The notes beneath the pieces are model-generated. The model had not been told where the DNA came from, searched no databases, and saw only the letters and a program-made list of their open reading frames with translations. A stretch of 64,000 bases of DNA from Octopus sinensis (Eukaryota): positions 75,454,001-75,518,000 of the forward strand of contig NC_042997.1 in NCBI RefSeq assembly GCF_006345805.1, written 5' to 3'. Both the position numbers and the translations under genes were made by a program. Below, piece by piece: positions 35,673-48,949 of the stretch (the first letter of the stretch is position 1; each line of letters begins with the position of its first letter).

Positions 35673-36445
35673 AAAATTGTAAATACTGAGAATAGTCAGA
35701 AAGTAAGTTGTCAGTAAAAATTATATTTAGCTCTAACATTGCTGCATGGGACTTCATTTTTCAGCCATTCTTGAAGTCCATGACACCATAAGAATCATAC
35801 TAACTGAGAAAACTCTAATCCCTTCAGCCATTCATTTCTATTCTATAGCAGAATCCTTACAGGACTAGGCTTTTGTCTTTAAAATTTTTCAGTAGTATGT
35901 TTAGAGTTAATAAAATAGACATTAAATAAAATTCTGTTAATATTAACACAGTTATTGTCATATATTCTAACTTTATTTACAATAGTCATATTGTGATCCT
36001 AAGTAAGGACTGCAGCACTGTGTAATTCAGGTTTTTAATTTTATTTAATTTTTTTGGCTAACAACATTATTTCACACTTTCTTCATCATTGGTAATTTTG
36101 AATGATGTCCAACAATAAAAAGAGTTGCACAAGCAATATACAAATGTGAAAATTGGTAAATAATTCCTTATCACACATAGTTACAATGTAAATCAAGAAG
36201 AAAAAAAATAATTAAAAATAATATGAAATATGCAGAAACCATGGTATGAATCAGATTGAAAATAGAAATGAAAGAGTTATTTGAATTTAATGTATTCATA
36301 GTGACCAACATAAAACTGTTTATTCTTGAAGACAATAAGTGATAAAAATGAATGTTTTAGAAACATTAGAACTTTAAAAGTGACTTTCAATTCAGCTGTT
36401 TATACAATTTAGGTTCTTACCAGTTCTGCTTTTATTGTTTCACAG

Positions 36446-36544
36446 ATTGAGTGCCTTTTACAGAGGAACCATAATCCACGTAAATTTTCTTCTGAGCAAG
36501 GCTATCGTTTACAACAAGGCTTTCTTATAAGTTCTACTCAACAG
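36446..36544 (+). CDS. CARMIL: CARMIL exon 6 of window (symmetric, phase 0-0)
   Basis: tcacag| acceptor and CAG|gtgagg donor. Encodes IECLLQRNHNPRKFSSEQGYRLQQGFLISSTQQ, which matches CARMIL '[33 protein letters not shown]'. Confidence 0.96.
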
Positions 36545-37219
36545 GTGAGGTGTGCAACATACTTTATTTTGTATCTTATCTACTGATACCTAAAATGCTT
36601 TTTATATATGTGTGTGTGTGTTTGTCTGTTAGTTTGGGTGTTGTGGTTGCTAATAAATAGGTCTGTTTTTTAAAAGGATATATAATGTTCAACTATATAT
36701 TCTTATCTATTTTAAGTTCATATTGCACTGGAGATAAATTTGCAATTCATTATAACTTCTTGGGTTATAAAAACACCATTTCTATATTAGAATCATTGCA
36801 GAGAAATGAGTAGAGAGAATAATTTGTTATTATTTCACAGAAATGAAGGAGATAAGCAGTTTTGTTGTTGCTTAGCCTAAGATCAGTCCTGTTTTTGAGT
36901 AACAGAAGTCAACACTGCTTAGATAGTCTTATAAATTACAGTTACCATAAAGGATTACCCACTGTCACACATGTTATAGGCAAATCTGTCCCAGATTTAA
37001 TTTAAAACTTAATCTACAACAATTGATAGGGTACCCATGAGAGGCTTATTTCCACTGTCATATATAGCTAAGGTGTGCACCTATACCCTATCACCAGAGG
37101 CAGTCCAGTGATTAACAATGTATATTTAGTAGTATATACTTGTTTCAGTGACATGTATAAATGCCCTCTACCTCTAGGCAAGTGCCCTCGTAATTCTTTC
37201 TAGATGCTGAAAACACTCC

Positions 37220-40200
37220 CTTAAGTACCTTCTTACTTTTCCCCAGTTCTCAAACATTAAATCTTCTATGATCAGTGTTGGCACAATGAAAGGTTGGTCA
37301 AGTAAGATTGGTGAAATACTGGAGCAGAGACTAGTAGATGTATGCTGTGTGCAAGAGGTACATTGGAACAGAGCCTCAGTTAGACTACTCATTGGCAAGT
37401 AATGGGTAGTAGTGATGGGCTGGGTAGTTTAGGTACACTTTTGACAGAAATGGATTGATAGAGTGATTAAGGTAATCAGAATGTGTGATAGAATTGTTAA
37501 ACAAAGGCTAGTCTTGTATAATGTAACAGTGACATCTCTGCATATGCCCCTCATGCTGGACTGGCAGAAAATAAGAAAGACCGATTGTATGGGGTTGTTT
37601 TGTTGACTATCTTGATGACAAATAACTGTAATATTATTATTGTGGCTGATGACCAAAACTCCAACAGATTTTATGGTATGCATGGTGGTTAAAGCTTTGG
37701 TTCTAGATACAAAGAGGGAACAAGGCTGCTGGGATTATGTGATGCAAATGGCTTGTTAATCTGCAACACTAGCTTCAGGAAATATGCCAGGTTCCTAATC
37801 ATCTACCAGTAGCACAGATTGACTGCATTCTCACCAGAAAAAGGGATAGGAAGATGTTTGTGAATAGAAAGTCCTTCCCTGGGGGGAAATGTACAGCTCA
37901 GTATAGGTTAGTGACCTCAGACAAAGCTAGAAGGACTCAGAGGCACAAACTAATCTGCAAAAGGAAGATATAGAAGTTTAAGGATCCTTCAGACAGTCAG
38001 AGACATTCTTATTGAAGCATTCAATGGGAAGGAGGAGATAGAGTCGTATTGACATAGAGAGCAACAGGAGCAACCTACTGAGGATGACAGACCAATTCTG
38101 TGGTTGGGGCAAATCTCAACTAGACAAGGGTGAAATAGTGATGGAACAGTGAGATAGACAGCCATAAAAGTTAAGTGACAGCTTGAAAATAGAGACAGCA
38201 AAGAACTATATTAGACTGGAAGCTAAGCCACAGATCTCTTAGCAAGAGCAGAAACAGAAAGAGGTCCACTATTGTTTTACAACATGTGGATCAGTGGTAT
38301 GAGGTATTCAAGCTTGCTAGACAGTGTATACAAGAGAATTAAAATATTGTGAAAGAGAAATGTGAATGGATGGATAATGACATGATGATTCTGAAAACAA
38401 GAGGCATGTAAGTGTTACAATGAAAGGTTGTTAAATGTAGAAAATTAATGAGGGAAAGAGAGTCTCCCCAATGTTGATCCTACAGTGGGACTAGCTATTC
38501 AAGTTGAGAGGAGTATGATACATTTGACAATTAAAGATATGAAGACAGGAAAAGTCCAATGTCTATGTGGAATTGCTGCTGAGATACTTAAAAAATATCT
38601 GGCAGAGTAGATTACAGCCAATCACCCATTTAGTTAATTAGGTTATATGGGAAGGTGTCATCCCCAATGATTGGTGTAGCAGCATTATAGTCAGCTGGAC
38701 AAGGTCATGCAAATTAGAGAGTTATAATCCTATTAATTAAAATCAGTGTATGACTTGATGAGATGCAGTTAGGTTTCGTGCCCTGGAGAAGTATTACTGG
38801 TGTTATCTTCTTAGTCAGACAACTACAGAGAAACTATTTTTCTAAGTGTAAATCATTGTACTTCACATTTGTTAACCTAGAGAATGCCTTTCACAGTCTC
38901 TGATGAAGCTGAATGACTTGTGAAAGCTGTACAAGCCATGTACAGGGATGCTGTTAGTAAGGTGAGAGTTAGCAATGAGTTCAGTAATGAATTTAGAGTG
39001 TACAGGTAGGCTTTCAACAGGGCTTGGTTCTCAGCCCTCCCCACTTTATCATTGTCCTGTAGACCATAACAGAGGAATTTAAGACTGACTTAGCCTGGAA
39101 ATTACTATATGCTGATGATCTCATTCTCATAACAGAATCTGTAAGAGACTTAGGAAAGTAATTCCAGGTGTGGAAGCAAAAGCTGGAACTGCAGAACCTT
39201 TGCTAACTTAGAAGGAAACAGATATGATACTACTCCTTTCAGGTATATATCCCTGCTCATTATATAAGAAAAGTGTAAGCAGGAATTCCATTTGGTGTGG
39301 TGCAAGTTGTGCTCACATAAGTGGTGCAGTAGAATCAAAGGAAAGTTAAAAGACAAAGTAGTGTTTGTATGTGAAAATGCACAGGAGCCATAAAGACTAA
39401 ACATACATGGGAAATTGATATTCTCTTGTACCTTGGAGGGTCTATAGAGGTAGTGGATAATTTCTGTTACCTAGGCAACCTAATTAGTAATGGAGGAGAA
39501 TGTTCTGAATGTGTAATTGCTAGAATAAGAGTAGGATGGAGAAAATTGAGATGTGTTGGCAACAAAGTCTCACTCTCTGAATGGAAAACAAACTGTCGGA
39601 TGCCTGTGTACTTAGAGCAATGCTACTTGGTAGTGAGGCATGAGCTCTGGCTGCAGAGGGCAGTCAAAGACTTGAGTGGAATGAAGTACATATAGATGGA
39701 TAATGATATACTTCTAGTCAGTGTCCCTGAAAAGAAAGAAGTTTGGAATACTATTAAATGTGAAGAACAAATGGGAGAAAGGAAGTCCTCTTTTTGTGAA
39801 CCCAGCTGAGGGACCAGCTATTCTAGTTACAGTAGCAGGATAGATAAGGCAATTTAAGATATGAAGGCAAGAAAAGCCCCTGTACTTGTCATTTGTTGAA
39901 CTGGAGAAAGCCTTCAACAGAGAATCTCACTCCATGACATAGTGGTCTCTGAGGAAGCTAGGGATTGATAAATGGCTTGTGAAAGCGGTACAAGGGTGCT
40001 GTTAGTATAACTGTAAGTGTTATCCATGAGTAGAGTGACAAATTAATTGTACAGCTAAATGTTCACCAAGGCTCAGTCCTCAGCACCCTCCTAGTCATCA
40101 TCATCCTCCTGGCTGTAACAGAGGAATTTATGACCAGCTGCCCATGAGAACTACTGTATACTGATTATCTTGCTCTCATAGCAGAATCTGTAACAGAACT

Positions 40201-40960
40201 AGAAAAGAAGTTCTAGGGATGGAAGCAAAGCCTAGAATTGAAGGACCTTAAATTTAACTTAGCAAAGACCAAGGTCCTAGTAAGCAAACAAATGGGCAGG
40301 ACTCTACTCCCATCAGGTAAATGACCTTGCTTAGTATGTAGGAAAGATGTAGGCAGGAATTCCATATGGTTTACTCAGTGCAAGCTATAGACCCACAAGA
40401 GGTGCAGTGAAATAATAGGAAGGCTAACAGAGAAAGTACTGTTTATATGTGAAAGATGCACAGAAGTCTACAGATACATGGAAACTGCTAGTATTAGAAT
40501 AGGATGGAGAAAATTCAGAGAGCTTTTACCTCTGTTGGCAACCAAAGATATCTACAAATGAAAGGAATATTGTATAATGCATGTGTATGAACAGTAGTGC
40601 TACACAGTTGTGAGAGGGCTCTGAATGCAGAGAGAAATTAAGTTTGTATACTACATTAGTTGTGCAGTGTAAGTGTCTATGTGCAACAGTGTTAGTGTAT
40701 AGAGAGAAATCTTAGGCATAAGGAGAATTAGATACAGTGTGCAAGAGAGAAGACAGTGCTGGTTTGGTTATGTGATGCATATGGATGAAGACAATTGCAT
40801 AAAGCAGTACCAATTATTTTAAGTCGATGGAACTTATGGAAGAGCAAGACCGAAGAAGACATGGGACAGAGTATTGAAGGCTGATCTTAAGATGCTGAGC
40901 CTTACAAAAGAGATAACAATGGACCAAGATAAGTGGCACATTGCGTTACTCGAGAAGACC
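37220..40960 (+). mobile_element. Cluster of heavily degenerate RTE LINE copies (APE and RT remnants)
   Basis: Remnants: DVCCVQEVHW, WKLLYADDLILITES, VVDNFCYLGNLISNGGECSECVIARIRVGWRK. A second RT segment lies at about 39950-40950. Confidence 0.75.
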
Positions 40961-41404
40961 CATCTGCCACAGCAGAATAGATATCCTAAAACCATCTTGG
41001 TAATGATTGTCTTTGAGGGGCTCTTTCTCATTACCATTCTCTCTGCTCCATCAACCATTTTCCCCCACATTTCATCCCCTAATACCTGTCACTTCTCTAT
41101 GACTTGAGAGCAGAATAGGTACATACTACATCCCCCGGCTTTTTCAGTTACCTTTCTTCCCTCTATCCAAATCACTTCCATTTCCCATTATATTCCCTTG
41201 CTTATTGTCTCCACCAATCACCTATCTTTGCCATCATTTGTCTTACTATCACTCTTTTTCTTACCTTCTAACTCACCTCTCTTTTCCAACTGGTCTCTAT
41301 ATAACAAGAAACCTATATCTGTCAGTCTATATCTTTAATCTCTCAAGTGGTACAAAGCCACCCCCACACTCAATACTACTACCCCTCCCAAACGAGGAAT
41401 TGTT

Positions 41405-41600
41405 TTGTCTTGCAAGGTAACTGGTAACGCTGTCAGTGATTGTGTTATGTAAAAAGTGCTGGTGCCACATAAAAAGCATTATGTATACTCTGTAAAGTGG
41501 TGACATTAGGAAGGGCATCCAGCAATAGAAACCATGCCAAACCACTCATTGAAGCCTGGTGTGGTTTATGGTCTTGCCAGTTCCTGTCAAACCAACCAAC
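41405..41600 (+). mobile_element. Family D (RTE-tail) fragment
   Basis: Contains gccacataaaaagc...ttaggaagggcatccagcaatagaaacc...gtcaaacc, and is cut off before its tail. Confidence 0.65.
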
Positions 41601-42765
41601 AGGTAAGTGATGTGTTAAGAATGGATTCTAGCAGAGGAGAACATTGGCTAAAGGCACAAAAAGGTGATTGATGTAAATAGTGTGGGCTGGGATGACAAAT
41701 GATCATCATCATCATGATCCATCTATCACAACAAAAATGATATCTTAAAGCCACTTTGATTGTGCTTACATATGTGGGTTCCTGTCCTTTCTTTCCTTTG
41801 CTCTGTCCCATCAAGCATTTCCCACCACACACACATGCATCTCATTCTTTAACACCCATCACTTCACTATTTGTGGTACTACTCAGCTGCTATAATCATC
41901 AGAGAGCAGAATAAGCACATATTATGTTCCCTCCCTTCCAATTATTTTTTCCCCCACCCTACTTCCATTTCTCATTGTCATCCCAGCCCATTCTATTTCC
42001 ACCAATCACCTTTTTGTGCCTTTAGCCTGTGTTCTCCTCTCCTATACTCCATTCTTAACGCATCTCTTACCTGCTGTCACTCTCAATACCCTCTCATATC
42101 TACCATCATGCTCCTCTTACCCTCCTATCCCTCCTGAGCCACTCTTTTATCTCTCCACATCATTTGCTTCATGCATTGCTACCCCCATCTTTCTCCTCTA
42201 TTTCTCCACTTACAATCCACTGTCTTGAGATGCTTCAGCATTCCACCTACAATTCTATCTTTCCAGCTACTCCTACCCACTCTTGTATAATATGGAGTAG
42301 TCTTGTATTTCTGTTATAAGACATCTGGGCTTGTTCTTGTCATACTGTAGCCTCTCAACAGCTTTTTCTTTCCTTTCTTTCTTTTCTTGCCTTGCAATTT
42401 ATTTAGCAATCTTGCTAGTGCTGGTGTCACAAAAAAAAAAGCACCCAAACATCGGGAAGGGCATCCAACTATAGAGATCATATGAAAGCTGACATTGGAG
42501 TTCAACATGGCCTTACTGCTCACTGGATCCTACCTTTTCCAGCACAAAAAAAAAAAATAGATGTTAAATGGATGAAGTCTTGAACACATATAATCAGGGA
42601 AGAAGCAAAATACAAGCATGTAATGAAATCCTTGGGAGCATAAGACATTGTTAAAAGCTTACCAAATTTACCAGTTTCCAACTATATCATTTTGTTGTTT
42701 GAGGTTGAAAGTGTATGTTGCTTGTTGTGTATTTCTATTTTCCTTTATGATTATTTGTTTTGTAG

Positions 42766-42897
42766 ATGGTTGACCGCCTAGTGGTTCAAGTTCAAGATAC
42801 AGTTAATGCTATATCAAGGACATCTACCTCTGGCAGTAGTGATCCAAACATTGAACAAGCTGGAAAATTTGTTAATGATGCCAACAACTCTCAACAG
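42766..42897 (+). CDS. CARMIL: CARMIL exon 7 of window (phase 0-0)
   Basis: ttgtag| acceptor and CAG|gtattt donor. Encodes MVDRLVVQVQDTVNAISRTSTSGSSDPNIEQAGKFVNDANNSQQ, which matches 'MIDRICVKVQD...DAKNSK'. Confidence 0.93.
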
Positions 42898-45238
42898 GTA
42901 TTTTGGGGCTCTTTTAATTAAAATTTTGCTATTCATCTATTTTTATGATCTTTGTATGTACTACGTCTTGTCACTTACATACACACTCAAAGTTCAAGTG
43001 TGACCCACATTTAAGTACTGCTCATATATCAAAGACTTATTACATAAACAAACCTCAAACCACATTCAAAAAGTATTTGGTAATTGTCAAAGGTTCCCAC
43101 ATCAATATACTTTATCCTTTATATTTCTTGTGGAGACCAGTAAAATACATAACTGTCAAATATTGGAATCAATTAAATTGCCTGTCTATCTCCCTGAAAG
43201 TTCAAGATAATGTGTCTAAATTAGACATTAATATTATATTCTTGTTAGTAACAATGATAAATGCAATGGCTTACAGAATTTGTAGAATGCAGGATAAAAT
43301 AGTTTATAACATTTTGTTCATTTTCAGTTCAAATTCTGCCCAAGTCTACTGTGCATTTCATATTTCTAGGGTAATTAAAATAAGTATTTGTCAAGTACTG
43401 GAGTCAATTTTCTTCCAAATTTAAGGTCTTTGAATTAAATTAATAATAATGATCAGTGCAGTGTATGACAGAACTGGTAAAGTACTGAGTAAAAATAGTT
43501 AGTGATATTTTGTAGCATCCCTCTACATTCTGAGCTCAATTCCTGTCCAAGTTGACATTCTTTCATCATTCAGAGATAATAAAATAACAATAACAGTTGA
43601 TAAATACAATAATCAGTTATAACCTGAAGCCAATGAAAGAATAGAGTAATGCTACAACCATCTTTTCCACCTCTACCACCATAGCCTCTGATTCTCCAAA
43701 CTAAAAGTTGCATACTCATTCCCAAAAGCCCACATAATATACTACACTATCTTATCCTTCCTATTGCATTTCACCTCTAAATTCCACACTGTAGTCAATA
43801 ATTTTTCTCCAGTGCTACCACCTTTGAATTCTTTCATCTCACATATTCAAATGTCAAATAAATTTAAATGGAACAACTCCAGACATTGCCACCTCTACAT
43901 AGACTAATAAAACTCACATATACAAGTCTTTATGAGTCAAACAGGGATATGAATAAGCATGCCAAGTAAACCCTATAATACATCTATTATGTTAATTAAA
44001 ATAATGATGGTTTAAACCACATGTGTTAGATATATTGGGTTTGGTTGAATGAATATTTATTGATTGGTATAAAGTTTAGCTGCAACTCCGAACATTGTTG
44101 AAATAGCATTTATTTTCACAGGAGTAAAACACAATATTTACATGTCTACACTTACCAGTTGTGTATTGCAATGTGCTAAAAATTAATGTAGTTTGTAATT
44201 ACATAGACACAAGAGATTAGCTTTGCATGGGAGGTGGGAATAATGCTTAGACCATCTTAGTTGAAGAAACCTTTTAACTTGGCTTCAACCAAGGAAAATT
44301 TGTTCATGTAAAGGACTTGTTCTTGTGCTTCTGAAGTGCTTTTCTCTCTGATTTGTTTGTGTACATTGTACTTATGTAACCACAAAAGTGCAGAAATTAC
44401 TGGAACAAAATTGAACATTCTCTAATATGAGGTGATATTCCAGTGAGTCAAATGGTTAATAATGTAACCTGAACTAAGTGTGGTCTGGACCTAATTACTG
44501 AAGCTGTAAGGTTTCAATTCTAGGCCTCACTACAGTATACTAATATATGCCTTTGTGACAGTATGAATTTTTAGTAATCACTGTGATGTGTAACTTTAAA
44601 CGAAAACAAATGTCTTTTTTATATCTCATAGATATGATGTTTAGTGCACCAGTAATTAATAATTGACTGCAAAGCCAGTAAAAAGCACTGTTTATGCAAA
44701 TTGAAGTAAGTGACTATAAATAGGTATAAGATATATCTCTCTTCATAGAAAATAAAGAAAGATCTCAACCAGGATTAAAACAAAGTCATGCTAAACTTTT
44801 TTTTTTCTTTTGTCTATAGAAAGATAAATGATACATTTAATTTTGTCCAGTAAATAATACATACATCACAGCATTTACAAAGTATACCTTAATTGATATT
44901 CAAAGTAATATGCTAATATTTTGCAAATTTATTGTACCCATATAATAGAACTGAAACTAAACCCCTGTGTTAATAATACCAAATCTTGCCTATCAACCTC
45001 TAAATGAAATCAAAATGTACAAGAATTTATATTTAAGACATTAATGTATATGATGTGAGATAATAACTATAAGGATCATAATAATGGTGCAAAGGTGATG
45101 CTCTAAAGATGATAAAATTTAATATAGCCTATGACAGTACTTAGATTATAGCATCAGTCCAGTTTTTTCTTTTTTACATTCATTGTTTGCAGTCTTTCGA
45201 ATTTATTGTCTTCTTTCAACAACTTTCTTTCTCTTTAG

Positions 45239-45355
45239 CTTCTGCCACTGTTTCAGAAGATTGCTTTTAAATCCCAAGACATTGGCAATCCTGTAGAGAA
45301 AAAACTGAAAAGTATTGTTTTGGAACTTGAAGATGTTCTAGCTTCTCATATTCAG
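45239..45355 (+). CDS. CARMIL: CARMIL exon 8 of window (phase 0-0)
   Basis: Long pyrimidine tract ending ctttag|, and CAG|gtaagt donor. Encodes LLPLFQKIAFKSQDIGNPVEKKLKSIVLELEDVLASHIQ. Confidence 0.88.
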
Positions 45356-45384
45356 GTAAGTATCTGAGTGTATATATATATTCT

Positions 45385-45530
45385 TTTATTCCTTTATTTG
45401 TATCAGTCATTTGACTGCGGCCATGCTGAAGCACCACCTTTCAACCTCAGGACTTATTCTTTGTAAGCCTAGTACTTACTCTATTGTTTCTTTTGCCGAA
45501 CTGCTAAGTTACAGGGATGTAAACACACAA

Positions 45531-45561
<31 letters not shown>

Positions 45562-45865
45562 GTTGAAATTTATAGAAAACAAGAGAACTTTCTGCACCTC
45601 TCCTCATCTACATACCAGCATTCCACCTGGATTACCACTGACTCTACTTCCATGGAATTCACTGTATTTTTTTCATTGATATACATATTTATATATATAC
45701 GATGGGCTTCTTTCAGTTTCCATCTACCAAATCCACTCACAAGGCTTTGGTTGGCCTGAGGCTATAGAAGAAGACATTTACCCAAGGTGCCATGCAGTAG
45801 GACTGAACCTGGAACCATGTGATTGTGAAGCAAGCTTCTTATCACACAGCCACGCCTATGCCTAT
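45385..45865 (-). mobile_element. tRNA-derived SINE, family C, with internal (TA)n and an insert
   Basis: Contains cagtcatttgactgcggccatgctgaagcacc...cccaaggtgccatgcagtaggactgaacctggaacc. Confidence 0.85.
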
Positions 45866-45879
45866 ATATATATATAAAT

Positions 45880-46641
45880 AGATGAGTGTATTTTTACCTT
45901 GTTAACAATTAACACGGAAAAATAAATAAATAGTTACCAGGGCAGCAAAAATCTCACGAGTAAAGATGTTGTAACTCCTTGTTTATAAAGGTTGAAACTT
46001 CGTGTTTACATTGAATATTTTGAATAATATGAATAAAAAATGGAGTTAACGCAGGTTTAAACAAGTATTTTTACTTTCGACACATGTTTTGAAAATTCCA
46101 CTGATACTATTCAAAAGAATAAATGGTATAAACAATGCAATCTTCTCTTCGGGAAAGTGAAAAAAACGAAACTCGTCAATACGACATTTTAGCAAAAAAT
46201 GATGGATTTGTATAGCGATAGACAGAACGCTATTAATATTGTTTAAAAAAACGTTATATGATATAACGTCATAAGTAGCTAACAGAAAGAGTAGGGATAT
46301 TAATAGTGAATGTTAAATATAAAGGAAATTAAAGTTTAAATTATATATAATGATAGAGACTACTTATATGCACTAAATGTATGTTTCTGCCAATGCTTAC
46401 ATCTGTATGCTCGTTCTATAACCGTGTTTACTAGAGTATTTTTAGAAAAATAATGAAAAATAGCTCAGAATTGCAGAGAAGACAGAATTTCTTGCCTTTG
46501 TCATATGGTATCGAAATTGAGAGGATCAACCATTCTAAATGAATTTATTCTTTTGAATAGTATCAGTGGAATTTTCGAAACATGTGTCGAAAGTAAAAAT
46601 ACTTGTTTAAACCTGCGTTAACTCCATTTTTTATTCATATA
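45880..46641. mobile_element. PLE-type terminal segment with an inverted partial copy, TA-flanked
   Basis: 46028-46124 is the near-exact reverse complement of 46545-46641. It contains the hammerhead at 46073-46158. Confidence 0.65.
46073..46158 (-). ncRNA. Type I hammerhead motif, U4C core, GUC site, G12 mutated in this arm
   Basis: Reads ACUUUC-CCGAAGA-GAAGAUU...AAUUUUC-AAAAC-AUGU-GUC/GAAAGU. The inverted arm retains GAAAC at this position. Confidence 0.62.
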
Positions 46642-46652
46642 TGTATATATAT

Positions 46653-47052
46653 ACTAGCAGTATCGCCCGGCGTTGCTCAGGTTTGTAAGGGAAATAACTA
46701 TATAAGCATTTTTAGAGAGTTATAGCCAAAAAATAGGGAAAAAATGCATTAAAAATGGAAAAAAAATTAAGGTAAATTTCTTTTTAAATCGTTGACACAT
46801 CGCAGATATTTTTAGAGAGTTACTTCCCTTAAATAATAGCAAAAAAAATGCATTAAAATGGAAAAATATGATGGTAAATTTTTTTAAATCGTAGACTCAT
46901 TGTAGACGCGCGCTAATACCCAGAAGGGCTCGATATGAATCACGACTATAAGATACCCGGTTTTGGCTACACTGCACCGCAAAATGTGGGAGTCGTTACG
47001 AATCTAAATCGTAGGAGACAGACACACAACTTCACTCTTATATATAAAGATA
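46653..47052 (+). mobile_element. Helentron/DINE-1-like non-autonomous element
   Basis: Starts actagcagtatcgcccggcgttgctcaggtttg, has an internal tandem duplication and a gacagacacaca microsatellite, and ends cttatatataaagat. Confidence 0.7.
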
Positions 47053-47160
47053 TAAGTCACGTAGTTATATACACATACTTTGTTATATATACATTCTTAA
47101 AAGAAAATGTTATTTTGAATACAACATTTATAAAGAATAAAATATTTTTTGGTTTTTCTT

Positions 47161-47560
47161 AACCCTTTCGTTACTATATTTCTGACCAAATTACACCCCT
47201 TATGTGTTTCAATTAATTTCTAACGTAATCATAAATTTAGTCTGGTTTCATTAAACAACTATAACTTTTTTATTTATCAATATATTAATCTGATTTTTGG
47301 AAGATAATTTAATGAAATATTCTCAACCAATTCTACACTATAATTTTTGTCACAAAGTGACTCTAATTGCAGGTAGATACAGGTAAATTCAACAATATAT
47401 AAAATTATTAAAATTTTGTTCAAACATTGCTATAGAAAATGGGTTATTAGCTAATATTCAATTGGGTATACAACAAAATTTTACGATAGAATTTGTTATT
47501 CTGGGTAACTTTCTGATACCCATAATAATATTTAGGCAAAATAGGCCTTAATTTAATTTA
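47161..47560 (+). mobile_element. piggyBac-like MITE fragment
   Basis: Left end TTAA|CCCTTTCGTTAC; no right end seen. Confidence 0.5.
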
Positions 47561-47599
47561 AGGTTGTGGGAAATAACAAACTATCCTTTCTTTCGCTTT

Positions 47600-48120
47600 G
47601 TTTACGTTTAGCGTAATGATTTCAAATAGGCTCATTCAAAAAAGTAAAAAGAAATAGTTTAAGGCTTTATACTCTTCTGGGAAAGTCTGTGGCTTGGTGC
47701 AGTTTCTTCAGAAAAATCACTGAAAGAAACAGCTTTTAAATTTTCACTCCATTCAGGTACCAATTCATTTTCTTAATCGCTGTCGGATTCACTGTTTTCA
47801 CTTTAATAGCTGCAAACTTGCAAAGACAAAGGAGGAGAAGGGTGATAGCGTCAGTGAAACAGTCGCTCCCTTTGTGTGTGTGTGCATTTGCGTGTGGTGT
47901 ATCCCACATTAAGAAAAACATTTGACATATACACCAGAATGTGAGTTTTCTCTAAATTTTGCTTAATTGGGGTTGAAATTTTAAAAACCGGACCTGGCAT
48001 GACCCGATGAATTCTACTCTTAAAAATGCTAGGTAAATTGTAATTGAAGAAATCCTATATTGTAGATTTCTATAACTTACAAAGGGAGGCAGATAAAATC
48101 TGCCTTTTATAATAAGAGAT
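47600..48120 (-). mobile_element. Helentron-type element (family H1), inverted relative to 30844
   Basis: About 210 bp at the right end are near-identical by eye to 30844-31055. Confidence 0.7.
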
Positions 48121-48121
48121 A

Positions 48122-48940
48122 TTCATCATTCACCTTTATTTAACATTTGCTTTCCATGCTGGCATGGGTTAGACAGTTTGACTGGAACTTGTAAACCAGA
48201 GGGCTGCACCAGGTCCCTGTCTGATTTGGCATGGTTTCCTAACGTCAATCATTCCAAGTGCATAATGGGTGCTTTTTAGATGCCACTGGCACAGGTACCA
48301 TTTACGTGACACAGGCAACAGCCACAACTATGATTTACATGGCACTGGCAACTGCCGCAACTACAATTTCACTTGGCTTGACGAGTCTTCTCCAGCACAA
48401 CATAATGTGAAAGATCTTGGTTACTTATCATTGCTGCCATGAGGCTTGAAATTTGAAGATCACGCTACCGGCAATGGTCATGATTACGATTTCATGGATG
48501 CCATTCATATGACACTGGCAATGGCCACAACTATGATTTCACTTGGCTTGACAAGTCTTCTCAAGCACAGCATATCAACAAAGGTCTTGGTCACTAGTCA
48601 TCATTTCCATTAGGCCCAACATTCGAAGAGCATGCTTTACCACCTCATTCCATGTCTTCTAGGGTCTACTTCTTCTACAGTTTCATTCTACAGTTGAAGC
48701 CCGGCACTTCTTTACACAGCTGTCCTCGTCCATACATTTCACATGACCATGCCAGTGCATTCATCTCTCTTGCACATATCTGATGCCGCTTATGCCCAGT
48801 TTTTCTCTGGACATATTTATTCTCTGTCATATGTGCACACTAACATTGCACATTCAGCGAAGCATACTGGTTTCATGGAGCTGGAGCATCTCCAACAATT
48901 ATAGGCATCCTACTTCCTCTCACAGGTGTTATAGCCACTC
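48122..48940 (-). mobile_element. RTE LINE 3' end with duplicated 3' UTR segments
   Basis: C-terminal RTE remnants, a D-type UTR and tail catcattcacctttatttaacatttgctttccatgc (reverse complement). Confidence 0.75.
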
Positions 48941-48949
48941 ATTGAAATG

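Noticed and set aside
42945-43424. 159-aa ORF just after exon 7
   Set aside because: AT-rich intronic sequence overlapping a degenerate SINE, with no domain resemblance or splice support.
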